Positions 22,440 to 34,904 of a DNA stretch of 64,000 bases are shown here, piece after piece. Source of the stretch: Anthoceros angustus (Eukaryota; Plantae; Anthocerotophyta); assembly GCA_010909165.1 (NCBI GenBank), contig MU008180.1, positions 743,884 through 807,883 on the forward strand, read 5' to 3'. Under the pieces are notes generated by a model. It made no database searches. It saw nothing but the letters and a program-made list of their open reading frames with translations, and was not told the DNA's origin. The position numbers and the translations under genes were made by a program. How positions within the stretch are numbered: the stretch's first letter is position 1; every line of letters begins with the position of its first letter.

Positions 22440-25400
22440 TCATTCTCTGAACAGTTCCAAACTTCCGGAATTTAGAACTGAGCTCAGAAACAATGGAGAC
22501 GTACTATGTTCAGCAAAGCTGAAACAAAGGTGAAACGAGTGCACAACATACACTCCGCTACCTGTTGAAGTATGCTCTCTGTCTGTGATCGTCTTTATCC
22601 ACAGACATCAGCTAGAAACCACCCCCTGACATTCTTTCCCAACCTTACAAGTGGTGGAAACGTGTAACTTTTCATTTGACCGCTTGTATCTCATGTAGTC
22701 AATAACATACCTTCTCATGGTACCTGTTCGTTGCAAGTTGCAGCCTCTCTTCAGGCCAAGCATCAGAAGAGGTGAAATCCCTTGTTCGTGTGGCGACATA
22801 CCTGGACTCTCGTTCTTCCCAGGCCATTCTAAGATCAGGTCTGCTTAAAACATCCTTGTTCCTTCTTGATTCAAAACCGTCTGAAAGCTCGGTCCCAAAG
22901 TTGAGATCATATAAGGTTCTTGTACTCCCATCTGCTGAGTAGCCATTCTCAGGTTTACCAGTCCATTCCTTGCTTGTCACCTGTTTACCAGGCCTGCCAT
23001 TCTTGCTGTCATTACCAAACTCTTTCAAATAATCAACAAGCTTTTGGTCCTCATGGGCCTCCAGTCGTCCAACGTGCCCCTTCATCCCCATACTGCCTTC
23101 CAAGGTGGAAACCCTCCCCCTGCCTGAGACTCCACTCTGGTTCCTGCGATCCGAAGTTTCAGACAACCCAGCATACGGTTTCCCAGATCCCCAAAAGTCT
23201 GTCAGTGGTGATCTCATCTCGGTTGCCTCAGATACTTCATGCCTTGCACGTGCAGATGCTCCCCTCCCAGCACTCAGGTCCTCTGGGTATGACTGAGGAG
23301 ATCTTTGCTGCCCACGATCCAAATCATGGGGGCTGTATAGATCTGAAGATTCTGCTACCTCATACTTCCCAGCTGTTGGATGACGGGAGAAGGTCCGATG
23401 GAAGGTGGTTTCCCGAGGTGGTGAGCAAGAGCTCTGCCTGGCTTGCTGCAATAGGGCTGGGTACGCCGGATACGGAGGAGAGTGAACAACATGCTTCCTG
23501 CTTCGTGTGAAAGTTCTGTCATCTGGAGAGCATGAACGTCTACCCACACCATCGGTAGTGGGGTCAAACGGGCTCAACCGTTGTACAGACCTGTCCCAAC
23601 CTGATAGTTTCATACTCTTCGAATGTTGTAGTTTACCGTTGGCAACAACGAAGTCACGGCTGGTTGTGCGGAAGTCGGTGCCAGAAAAGGAGCGCCCATA
23701 GTTCGGCTTCTCAAACGACCTGTACTGATCTCTACCATGGCTTGCCTGATGATGTGCTCCACCTCTACCCCTTTGCTGCCGGTAAGGTTCATGGTCTCTG
23801 TCTCTATAAGAAGTGGCTGTGTGCATCCCACGATTGCTAGGTCTAGAATGGTATCCTCTTCCATCTTGATTGGGACGGTCCCGTCCTGTCTTGTAGTCCC
23901 TATCCCCGACTTGCATGTCTTCAGGGCCCCTGTAGATGAGCCTGTCAAATACTGTATCTCTGTTGTTTGCCCCACCTAAACGGTTGAACACACTTCGACC
24001 AGGGCCACCACCGGCCACCTTGCCATCATCACTCCTATCTCTGGGGAAAATTCCAGGCGAATACTCCACCCGCCGACCGTGCCTGGGTATGTCCTCTTCT
24101 TTGCCGAAGCTTCTGCTTTGACCGTATCTTTCATTGTCGTCATCGGAATCAGAGAACGGCTCTCTTGCAATTACTGGCTCTCTTGCCACTCTTGTCCTGG
24201 AAAGATCCCTCTCAAACGAATCTCTGTCAAATCCTGTGCGGACACGCTTCCTGGAGCTGGACCTGCAGAAGAGATAATATGATACAAGTTTCCGGCGACA
24301 GGTTAAATGCAAAAGATGGAACAAGTGTGCAGGCGAGAAGCATGGTTGGTAGTGGATACCCGACATACCTATCATCGAAATCAAAGTTCCCGCCACCGAC
24401 CAATGACGTTGGCAGCTTAATGATTCTCCCAACCCGTTTGGCAGGAGCAGGTTGATCCTCTTTGCTCGATTTCGAAGGAGTCTCAACCTCAGGTTCCTTG
24501 TGCACAGACTTATCAGAGAGCACTACCTGCTCCGTGACCTTTCCCTCCGTCTCACCACTCGCAGCCTCATGTTTACCAGCAACAACCTCTCCCTCAGATT
24601 TAGGCATCAAAGGAGAGCCCGACGGAGCACCCTTCTCTGGCCTGCTACATGACTCTTTAGATGCCTCGGTGTCCGCATCAACTCTAACGGGGCTTAGATC
24701 CTGGTTCTTTCCCGGCGCATCCTGCGTTCCAAATTCAGTCTCCATAACAGGCAGACGGCTGAGCTGTTGCACTTTCTTTACTGCAAGATCCGCACTCGCA
24801 GCCGCAGTTACGCGGCTGAGCTGGTCCCCCTTCTCCACTACAGCATCCTGCTCACCAGCAGAGCTCTCCGCCGGCGGTACGCGCCTGAGCTTCTGCCCGA
24901 AAAGCATGGGACACGAGTCTTGAGAAGCGCTCTTAACATCCATGAAAGTATACTCCGTCACGCTTGCAGCCCTTTCCTCCGGGCCCGTCACATGGGCGAA
25001 CTGAGCTTGCTCGGATTCCTCGGCCACCATAAGCTGGCCGACAGCCGGGCTCCTCTGCCGGTGTCTTCGTAGATTCATAAAATCAGACTCCGGCACACGA
25101 GAGTCCCCCTTGAGGCCGGAGGGAAAGAAGGTTCCCGTAACGGGCATCTCATACGCAACACCATCCCCCTCCTCCCCCGCATGCTTATCTAGTAACACTT
25201 CCCTCGCCCCTTCACCTTCCAGGTTCCCTTCACCTTCCAGGTTCCGTTGTGTTGCCAACGCCTGATAACCAAAGGGATTCGGCTCACTCCCAGCTTCAGC
25301 AGCAGACAACAAGTCCCTGGCACCAGCACCAGCACCAGCACCAGCACCGGCGCCCGCGCCGACGCCGACGCCGACAGCAGCAGACCTGGGATATGCCAGC

Positions 25401-25660
25401 CGCTCCAAGGCGGGGTCACATCGTCCCACTTCCTCAGCCCGGTTCTTGGGACCTGTTTCATGATCCGCCAGGCCGAGAGAGAGGTAATGTCTACCCAAAC
25501 TGGAGGTAGGAGACGAGGCGCCTTGAAACTTGTCTGCCGCGGGGCACTTCAAGGTGAGCGTGATCCTTTCCCCGTTCATGTCGATTTCATCTTCCGATGA
25601 CCCGCTCTCTGAGGTTAGGCCGCTGAACGTCTTGCGTGCCTCTATGTACTTCCTTGACAT
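22440..25660 (-). CDS. Large, mostly low-complexity (R/S/G/D/E-rich) uncharacterised protein, about 1,030 aa
   Basis: Two long overlapping ORFs (24227-25741 and 22699-24486) join through a GT-AG intron at about 24369-24270. A short exon at 22611-22562 and a tentative last exon end at TGA 22440. No domain recognised. Confidence 0.6.
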
Positions 25661-27159
25661 CGCTATAATTGGAATAACAATATAGAGAGAGCCCAACCCG
25701 CGTTCCGCTAAAGTGGCGAACTCAGCTCCTGGCTGCGTCACATTCCTTCAGACAAACCCTGTCCACAGCCGAGCACGAGATCCGAGGCTGCATCCCGGAG
25801 GCATCCCCATGTCCCCCGTCACATGCCATCCCGCACGGCCAGCAGAACTCCCCTCAAGCACCGATGTCCGGGAGGCAGAGCACAATCAAACTCCATCATT
25901 CAGGACTGCCAGTGCTGCTCCTATGCAGATCAGGCTCGAGAATTCATTTCATGGCGTGCCACGAAATCACCGCCTTCCGCTTCCCGACTCGGCTAACAAG
26001 GCAAGCGCTTCCCGATGCCGCACAGAACCGTGCCAAGGCTGTGCACAACAAAGCCGCAAGGATGAATGCCCCGGCCCCGGCTCCGGCTCGAGGAAGGAGA
26101 TTCAAGAAGGAAGCCGGACGCGAAAGGCGAGTGCAGGAAGCGACGGTCCCCTCGCCTCCCGGCCTACTCCCACCTGCTCGACTCCCTCCCCGCTCAGATG
26201 GACAGAACCGGGAAGAACAGGTGCCGGAAGAAGCAGCCTGGAGCACGGGAGCAAGAAGCGGAAGCGCAGGAATTGGCGAACCCCGGCGGGCAAGCCTCGC
26301 TCAGATCAGAGCCGCGCAAGCTTAGTCCCGCACACTCGCCGGCAGCCACCGCGCTGCGGTGAGCAGATCGAAGCTGGGAGGCGGGGAATGCGCAGGGCAG
26401 GGCAGAGCAGGCGGCAGGGGCGGGCCTGCAGCGGGACCTCGCAGGACGCGTCCGAGCACGGCGATGGAGGCGGCGATGGCGACGGTGGGCGCAGGCGAGG
26501 CAGCAGCAGCACCGGCAGAGCCCGAGGTCGAGGCGCAGAGGAAGGCAGACAGGAAGAAGGCGCAGCAGCGGCTTCCGCGGCACCCGTGACTTGCTCGGCG
26601 AGGCAACAAACAAATCCACTCCACGCCGCTCAGCAGCATCCATGAAAGGCCCGCAAAAGAGAAAGAAAAAGAAAAAGAAAAAGAATTCCTCTACCACAAA
26701 AAATCGCAATATACCACACGACCAACCGGGGGTGACCACATGGACAGCCCCGTTCACACAGCCGGGGGGAGTGGGAGGCAGGCCCGATGCGATGGACGAT
26801 GGGACGATGCCCGGGCATCCCACCACGTCATCGCCCATCTCGGGAGCCATGCCACGCTATGCTTGGTGCATCCCTAGAAGATGCCAAGTCAGCTGCCAGC
26901 GCCTGCTCTGACCACCAAATCCACCTTCACCTACTCCAGCCATTCATTCCTCACATGTCACCAATGAAGGCCAGCAACGCCCGCACTCTCATCGGAGCAC
27001 CCACCAGCCGCTTTCCACCATCCCTGTCCTTTTACACATGCACAAATCTCTCCCTCCAGCTCTCTGTCTGGTAGATAATCTACTCTCTGCTGTGCAGTGT
27101 GCACACAGCAACAGCAGCAAAGTGCGAGAACCACAGCCACATTCCCTGGCATATTCATT

Positions 27160-30140
27160 CTACACTGCCAAGATGGGGGCTCCACAAGGCCTGCTGCCGT
27201 GGTGGCCTTCGCTGAACACCTGTGAGCCTCGGACAAATGTGGAGATCACCCTCCCCGAGAGAGGGAGTCCCGAGTAAGGTGTCAACTGCAAGCCGCACTC
27301 CCACTTTGTTAGGTAGGGGGGGAGCAGGCGGGCAGCTACCCATGGGCCGTGAGCTTCAAGGCACTGACTGACTCCCTGACCTTATGCTTGTGGAACAGCC
27401 GGAAGTCGTTGCCCACGATGAATGATGCTTCAGGATCCCACACTACCAGATCTGCATCCTTCCCGAACTCGATCGAGCCCTGGGGATGGGCATCGTTGGT
27501 GAACCGGTCGCACGTAAGATGATGACTTCAGCAATCAGCAACTGGGGGCAAGAGGATAAAGTTTGTTTTACCTTTCTAGACAACTTGGCAAGTTGTGCAG
27601 GAGCGCTGCTCCACCAGGCCGAGACCTCCTGCAATGTAATGCCTTGTGGCTGCCCGAAAGTCCACGTAATGGGGAGCACCAGCTGCACACGTGTGAAGGA
27701 AAGCAAGCATGCTTTATGCGGGCGAGGAGAGCATGGGACAGGGGAAGCGGATGGATCGAGGGATTGGGCGAACCTGAAGAGAAGAGATGCCGCCCCAAGC
27801 CTTCATGAAGTCGCCTTCCTGCAGGAGTTTCAGCTCCGGCGTGGATGGGGAATGGTCGGAGCTGAGATGGTCTATGCTGCCATCCTGCAGGGCACCCACA
27901 ACGAGGTCCGTAAACTTTGACGCTGACAAGCTTGACCCACATCGTGGATTTGTCAGGAGGATGGCCAGGTTGGGTCACCTTCAGGGCATGCCAAAGCTTG
28001 AGCCTGTTTGATGATGCCCTCAATGGTGGGGCGCATTTGAACCTTGTGTCCCCATCCGTCACATTCTCCGCAGCCAGTGCTAGATAGTGGGGGCAAGTCT
28101 CGACGGTTATGGCATGCCCCTTGGCCTTCGCCTCCTGCCAAGACGCACAGCTTTTTCTTTGGCTGCCGTTCAGAACAACTTGCCAAAGAGAGGTTTCGAA
28201 TACCTTGATGAGATCCAGGGTGCCATCTGCATCTGAAAGGTGGACGACGTGGATGTGAGCACCTTCAGCCGACCCTCCAACTCCTGTCGCTTCAGCTACG
28301 TCCACCAGCTGTTGCACTGCTGTCTGCTCCCTGCAAGTCCAGACGGAAGTTGATGAATTGGTAATGCACTAAACCAGGTAATTTGCTTTCTAATGGTCGT
28401 TTCCAATTCCTTGGTGCGTTTCCAGAAGCTGAGAGATAAGCATAATTGTGTGAAACAATTTGGTTGCCACCACTGAAAAGACCTACAAAACACTGATTTC
28501 AGGGGCACAGAGAACTGACCATGAGGGTGGCCTGCTGTCAAGATAAGTTTGATATGATCGGCTATCCCTAATGGGTCGTCCTTCCGATGGACCTCCCTCA
28601 TCTTCAAGTGGGACTTCGGCATGGACCAAGATTGGACGTCCGTACCTTGCAAGCACATTCAAGGATGCCTGCACCATGTATTTTAGATTGCAAATTCAGA
28701 AACCAAATAATCCAAACCGTCCTAAATCCACCCGAAGCATGTCTTTACCTTTATATGGGCAGCTGTGGTCATCGGAAAGTCATTGATGCCTGAAGGACAC
28801 ATGAACGACTTCAAAATTAGCACCTGTCAGTTCCTTGTATGTGTCTCATTTCCAGAACTCGAAGAACTTCACACGAGAAGAGTGACACAATTGGCAAATA
28901 TGTACCTTCAATCCAAGAACACCGGCATCTAAAAGCTCAGCTAAAGCAGTCAGGTTCTCAGCATTTTCTGGAACGAGGCCACCCCAAAAGCCTGGCAAAG
29001 AAACCACAAAGTCCTCAGATCCGAGCAGCTTCAGGTAAACTTAGGATCACCAACACAGAACAGAGAGCAGACCACAACATTATGTTTTGTCTAAATCGCT
29101 TGGTTTCTTATAGTTTTTTACTTGAATACGGTGGCTGAGCACTGTGTAGAGTACTAACCTACATCCACAGCCAGTTTTCCTTTTGCGGCTCGAAGCTGCT
29201 AGCCCACAAAAATATGCGGTGTTGTCAGTCATTTACCAAGTCAGTATCAGTGGTTGGTTGAATCACAACTGCCTTTGGGACATAACAGCAGCATCACAAA
29301 AGCAGGATCTGTACCTTAATCTCAAAAGCCTCCACTGTGGTGGTTGCAGGATAGCTATTCAAAGGCATGTCCACCAAGGTCGTTATTCCACCTGTGAAAG
29401 CATCCATTCACAACTGCGTTACCGCAAGTTGTCTTCTTCAGAGTGGGCAATCAGCAAAACGTGGGTAAGAAATTTCCACGACAATCACACCAGCAGCAGC
29501 AGCTTGTGTCCCAGTCAGGAACCCTTCCCACTCCTCACGACCCGGCTCGTCCAAATGAACATGCCTGTAATTTCACGACAACGGTCATCCATAACTCTGG
29601 CAGCGATGAGGGCTCTGCCTTTGAACAAACACAACGCAGCTCTTACACATCGATGAGTCCTGGCATGACAACTGCGTTCCCATAGTCAAGCACATGGAGC
29701 CCTTCTCTCGGCTTTGGTGCTTCACTTCTTTTGATCACCGACACAATCCTCCCATTTTCCACCTCCACTGCAAGATGACGGGTGGAAACAGACGTTACAA
29801 ATTCAAGCACGCCTCACTGGGCTGTTGCCACCAACATGCACCCATTTACTTCAATACCTCCGGCAGATATCACTCCATCAGGCGTGACCACACGTTTGCT
29901 GAACACCACAAAGTGATCGTACGGAAGCAACCCGCACTCCCCCTTCTGCCAGCCAGGTAAGGAGTTGGGCATACAGTCAAATTGCGTACTTCCCCCTCAA
30001 ATCGCAGGGATTCCACGAGCAAAGCTGCAAACCTGAGAGGGAAGGAGAAATTGACTGAAGAGCAAGTACGTGCTGGCGAATATCGCCAGAGGGACAGTCC
30101 ACCCGCGCATCATGGGCCGTAGCAGGTCTAGTGGATCCAT
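27160..30140 (-). CDS. ALN: Allantoinase (amidohydrolase family), multi-exon; start codon tentative
   Basis: Exon peptides include [61 protein letters not shown]...[18 protein letters not shown]...[19 protein letters not shown] and a final exon [10 protein letters not shown]...CGAPILAV*. These are collinear with plant allantoinase. Confidence 0.93.
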
Positions 30141-30920
30141 AGCGCACCTGAACGTCACCGGACCCCGTTTTAGTGAACCAACCAGCCCGGCTCCGCCCAC
30201 GGCCTGGGATTGGTGGAATTTCACCACCAGGAAGAGTTGCACTGTAAATGCAACAGACATAAAACCCACAACATGAAGCAAAGGGTGGAGTCCATGTCGC
30301 ACCTGGCTGAGCTCTCCACTGAGATTCACACACGACCCACCATCACCAGCGTGCAGTGCCGGATCCGTTGGCACTGACCGCGGTTAAGTGAACCAGCGTC
30401 CCTAGTTCCCTCACCGGAGGTTTGTCCATGGAGGCGGCCGCGTTGGACATTCCGACCACACAGGCTCGGGCGCGGGCACCGGCTCGGGCTCGGGCTGTCG
30501 GAGGATGGGGCAACGATGTGCAGTGGCGAGCACTTTGAGGTGCAGGCAAAGGATGTGTTGCGGGGGCCAGAAATGGCGGGAGCTGCTTCCAGGATGGCCA
30601 GGCTGTGGACAATGCGCCAGGGATGCCTGCATAGTAGGAGACAGCTCGTGCGATTCTAGCTCGTGCGATTAGAGTCGTTTCCAGCTGCTTCTGCTGTCAG
30701 TGCAGGTAGGTACGAAGCCCATCCTACTCTTGGGTTGGGTTGAGGAAGGATGCATTCTCGGGTAGCGTGCTGCAGCAGGGGCCAGTCCTGCAGCAGAGGG
30801 TAGGGTTTAGTTTGGAGCTTTGGGGACGGAAGCTGGGTTGCGGGAGCCTGAGCTCGTTGTGATGCACAGGGATGATCCAGAGACCCGGATGAGCTCGCTC
30901 TAGTCCTGAATGGTGCAATT

Positions 30921-33900
30921 ATGGCTACATCATCCTCCTCCCCTCTATCTAAGCTGCCCAGCGGGAAGTTTTCTTGGGAAGGCATTGTGGTGGCGATCGA
31001 GGATGTGAATGACCTGTGGCCAAGCTTCAAGGAGGGTTTTGAGGCTCGCGTCCCCTTCAAGAAGGTGCATCTGGTGAACAAGGATCACAGCACGATTCTA
31101 GTGGAGAAGCTGCTGGTTGAGTATGTTCTCACTACTGATGCCCGGTTGCGTGGGAGGATCTCGCAGTCGCAGGAGCAGAGTCCCTTCTGCTTCCAGTTTC
31201 CATATGCTTCGGTTGTTCTGGTAAGCTGCGAGGACCAGGATGAGTACCGATCGATACTGAAACCGCGGCTGAAGGGGATGCTGCAGAATGATGATCGGGA
31301 ATGGTTCATCCTGTTCGTGTCCAAAGCGCCTCCCGCTGAAGCGGCTCAGAGGATGATTAGAAAGGTCTTCAGCAAGTTGCAAGATGATTTCAGCTCCAAG
31401 CGGAGGGATAGGTGCTGTAGATTCGATCTCAATGCCGCAGACGCGACTCTGTGGGATGAGGTGGAGGCTAAGATGGTGGAGTGCATTAGGAATACGCTGG
31501 AGAGGAGAATGCTGTATTATGAGGATGAATCACGGAAACTCACAGAGAGTCGGTATTCTCCGTCTTGGAGCTTCAGCCATTTTCTTATGATCAAGGAGAA
31601 CGCTGCAAGTATGTTTGAAATGGCAGGCATCTATGATGATGCTCTTCGTGAGTACAGTGAGCTGGAACAGTGTTTCGTTGAATTATTGAATGCCGACAAA
31701 CTCAAGTCCAGAGAGTTTGGAGGCTTGGATCCTGGTGATGATCGGGCTGCTCTTCTTGAAGTGAATCGGAAACCTTTGGCCCAGTTTGTGCAGGATGATT
31801 CAGTTCGGGAGTTCGACTTCAGGCAGTACCTTTTTGCTCGGCAGGCTGTGGTGTTGTTCAGAGCCGGTCGCGCAGCTGAAGTGGCAACTCGTGGCTTCGT
31901 GTTCATTCTATCATTTTCAAGAATTCTCTCACGGAATGAGAAAACGCTGTCCTTCTGTCTGAAGGAAGTCTGGGTGATAACAGCTTGCATGGCTCTCGTG
32001 AAAGGAATGTCTGAGCGGGGTGCTCCAAAGTTGTTCAACCCTGATGCTGAGAAGGAATTTTATCGCGTACGCGGGGATTTATGCTCGCATGCTCGGACCA
32101 AGTTCATGAGACTGGCGGACTTGATCGGCTATACGGATATTATTGAGAGAAGCCCTTGTAATAGCGCTGCCTTGAGTATGTTGCCATGGCCACGGCCATT
32201 AGTTTGGCCAGCTCTTCCTCCTGACTCACTAGAACGGGTGCTCGGGAAGCAACAGGCTGCATCTGTCAATGTTGTGGCCAATGGCACCAACAAAAAACAG
32301 CTCTCTCTGGCTCCTAGTGTGCTCCTCAGAGAGGCAAACCGAAGGAGAGCTTCTTTGTCAACGGGTAATATCACGGAGCTGCTTGAAAGCCGTGCACCTC
32401 TGAAGGACAGAGATGCTGCTGAGGGAGGACATCATGTGAGGTCATCGTCCCACTCTCTTCCAACCACCCCAACCTCTAATGACGGTCAGCTTACCAGCCC
32501 TGGTACTGCAAATCGTGTCATAGATAAGCCCATGAAACTTATTGAGATACAGGTTGCAGCAGAGAGTGCTCTTCTCAAATTGTTGACAGATGACAAGCTG
32601 AGGAGTGCATTTTCATCTGCCACAGCGTGTGAGGACTTTTACTTGGAATTAACTCAGGCTGCAGCAGATAGTTTCCACCTGTCCTGGAGGGCAAGACATG
32701 GCGTTGTACTTGATGGTGAAATTGCAGCTGTCCAGTACAGGCGTGGAAATGTGGATGCTGCTGCCAAACTCTTTGAGAAGGTCTGTGCCCTATATGCAGG
32801 TGAGCGATGGAATTTCCTGCTGGCTCAGGTGCTGCCACGGCTTTCCGATTGCCAGCTGCAGCTTAAGGATCTGGCTGGCCACCTCTCCTCCTGCTCAAAA
32901 TTATTGTCCTTGGGCCAGGGGCTGGTTTCTGATGAAAAGCGAAAGAGCCTGCAGGCTGAACTGGTGAGGCTGGCACACAGTGGGCTTCCGAATCCAATTT
33001 CTTTGGATGTGTCAGCCCTGATATCATTTTCACCCAGAGCGAGCCCACCTTTAGAGCTCTGTGAAGGTGACCCAGGAGTATTGCAGGTCTTTGTATGGAG
33101 CGGCTTTCCAGAAGGCATTTCCTTGGAGTCGCTGAGTCTAACCTTGATCACAACTTATAGTACTGATGAAGGTGCCAAGATAGTGCAGAGTGCAGATACC
33201 CCTGTGTTGCAGCCGGGCAAACAGGTTCTTGCATTCCTGTTACCTCCTTTCCGAGCTGGTTCGTATGTTCTTGGGGCCTTGACAGGGCAAATCGGGCAAG
33301 TGAAAGTGAGGTCGCATACCTACTGTACAACCAGTGCAGTTAGCTCAAAGAGTGGAGCTCCTGATAGTGATGACTACCTGATAGTTGAGAAATCTCAACG
33401 GCCAGTCCTTGAGGTGACATCTCCAAGAGTTCTTGTGGAGATGTCTGCTGCTGTAGCATGGGGGTTGCTTCTAGGGGCACCTCAGTGGGTGGGACTTGTG
33501 ATTCAGCCCAAGGACTATTCTTTGAAAGGTGCCATCCTGTACATTTCCGCAGGGTCTGGCTTGAATCTGGATGACTTGAAAGAAGCTGAGCTAGAGCGGT
33601 TGAGCTTGCCAACCAAGCCCTCAGGTGATGATGCTGAAAAGGTTGTGGAGACTCTAGCCCCAGAAGTTGAGGTTGTGGAGATCAATGGTGGCAAGATCGA
33701 GTACCCTGAGTGGGCAAGCACTGTGGCCTGTATCTTGTGGCTGAAGCTCGTAGTGAAGCAGGCAGCAGAAAATGAGTCCTCATCCGCTGGTGTACAGCCT
33801 CCCCCTTCTCCTCCGTCACCTAAAATCCTCTCGAGTTCAGCATTGTCTAGTAGGAGGCAAAGTGGTTCAGCAGGTGCTGGAGTTCTTGACCCCAGAGCTG

Positions 33901-34904
33901 AAACAAATATGAAACGGGTGTTACCCAGAAACTCAAGTCCTGTGGCAGGTGTGGTAAAGGATATCAACGTGAAGATGGAATTCGGAGCGGCGCGAAGCCA
34001 AGTTTGTGAGAGGAGTATCTCGTTACAGTTTGCAGAGCCTTTTCGAACTATCACCCGAGTCGTGAGGAAAGGCAATGACAGAGCATTCATTGTACAGGTG
34101 ACCTTGGTATCTCAAGTAGTAGCCACGACTACGGTGGTTTCTGCAGAGTTGAAATTGCAGCCAGGCTTTGTCCATGTAGATGCGCTTGTGCCAAATTGTC
34201 AGCAGTTGTTGCCCCTCACCTTGACAGCAACTTCCGAGGGTGCTCTACTTTTTGTAGTATCTGCTGGTACGGGTGGGGATAGGGAGGATGTAGGCTCACA
34301 GGAGAGTGTGTTAGAGGTGTGGTATAGAATTTCAGGAAATCGCAGATCTGGGGCTCATGCCCCTCCTGACAGAGCAGGTCAGCAGGGAACAGAGCAAGGT
34401 GATACTGGCCTGCTTTTCACTAGTGCATTCATTTTGAAGATGCCAGTCGTTGAACAACTGTTGGCTGTGGGGCTTTTGCCTACTCCTTTGGTACCCCCGC
34501 AGTTAGGGCAGCCAGTGATACTCCAGTGGAGAGTAGAGAGGTTGAAGGCAGGGTGGGCTACAGTTCTGCAGAGGGAGTCGGAGGGTGGGCTTGACAATGC
34601 CAAGCTAGGGCAGGTGAATGCAGAAGACAATGAGGAGTTGCTGTACGAGATAAAGATGAATGAAGAGAATTGGATGATTGCTGGACGCAAAGAGGGAATC
34701 ATATCATTAGCGCCGGACGTGGGATCCCGAGTGACTGTCTCCATGGTGTGCGTCCCCTTGGCTGCTGGTCATGTCCATCCCCCTTCCCTGCGGCTCCCCC
34801 TCATCAACCGGGCACACATCAACCATAGTCCTGCAGGCCCCCATTTGCTTTGTGTGCTCCCGCCGTCACCCTGTACTGCTCTATGTGTAGCCAAACATCT
34901 ATGA
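30921..34904 (+). CDS. TRS130: TRAPPII-specific subunit TRS130/TRAPPC10 (CLUB), single 1,327-aa exon
   Basis: VAIEDVNDLWP, VEYVLTTDARLR, PYASVVLVSCED, DREWFILFVSKA, FEMAGIYDDALREYSELE, REFDFRQYLFARQ and ELCEGDPG...VWSGFPE match plant TRS130 along the full length of an uninterrupted ORF. Confidence 0.95.
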   Translation: MATSSSSPLSKLPSGKFSWEGIVVAIEDVNDLWPSFKEGFEARVPFKKVHLVNKDHSTILVEKLLVEYVLTTDARLRGRISQSQEQSPFCFQFPYASVVLVSCEDQDEYRSILKPRLKGMLQNDDREWFILFVSKAPPAEAAQRMIRKVFSKLQDDFSSKRRDRCCRFDLNAADATLWDEVEAKMVECIRNTLERRMLYYEDESRKLTESRYSPSWSFSHFLMIKENAASMFEMAGIYDDALREYSELEQCFVELLNADKLKSREFGGLDPGDDRAALLEVNRKPLAQFVQDDSVREFDFRQYLFARQAVVLFRAGRAAEVATRGFVFILSFSRILSRNEKTLSFCLKEVWVITACMALVKGMSERGAPKLFNPDAEKEFYRVRGDLCSHARTKFMRLADLIGYTDIIERSPCNSAALSMLPWPRPLVWPALPPDSLERVLGKQQAASVNVVANGTNKKQLSLAPSVLLREANRRRASLSTGNITELLESRAPLKDRDAAEGGHHVRSSSHSLPTTPTSNDGQLTSPGTANRVIDKPMKLIEIQVAAESALLKLLTDDKLRSAFSSATACEDFYLELTQAAADSFHLSWRARHGVVLDGEIAAVQYRRGNVDAAAKLFEKVCALYAGERWNFLLAQVLPRLSDCQLQLKDLAGHLSSCSKLLSLGQGLVSDEKRKSLQAELVRLAHSGLPNPISLDVSALISFSPRASPPLELCEGDPGVLQVFVWSGFPEGISLESLSLTLITTYSTDEGAKIVQSADTPVLQPGKQVLAFLLPPFRAGSYVLGALTGQIGQVKVRSHTYCTTSAVSSKSGAPDSDDYLIVEKSQRPVLEVTSPRVLVEMSAAVAWGLLLGAPQWVGLVIQPKDYSLKGAILYISAGSGLNLDDLKEAELERLSLPTKPSGDDAEKVVETLAPEVEVVEINGGKIEYPEWASTVACILWLKLVVKQAAENESSSAGVQPPPSPPSPKILSSSALSSRRQSGSAGAGVLDPRAETNMKRVLPRNSSPVAGVVKDINVKMEFGAARSQVCERSISLQFAEPFRTITRVVRKGNDRAFIVQVTLVSQVVATTTVVSAELKLQPGFVHVDALVPNCQQLLPLTLTATSEGALLFVVSAGTGGDREDVGSQESVLEVWYRISGNRRSGAHAPPDRAGQQGTEQGDTGLLFTSAFILKMPVVEQLLAVGLLPTPLVPPQLGQPVILQWRVERLKAGWATVLQRESEGGLDNAKLGQVNAEDNEELLYEIKMNEENWMIAGRKEGIISLAPDVGSRVTVSMVCVPLAAGHVHPPSLRLPLINRAHINHSPAGPHLLCVLPPSPCTALCVAKHL

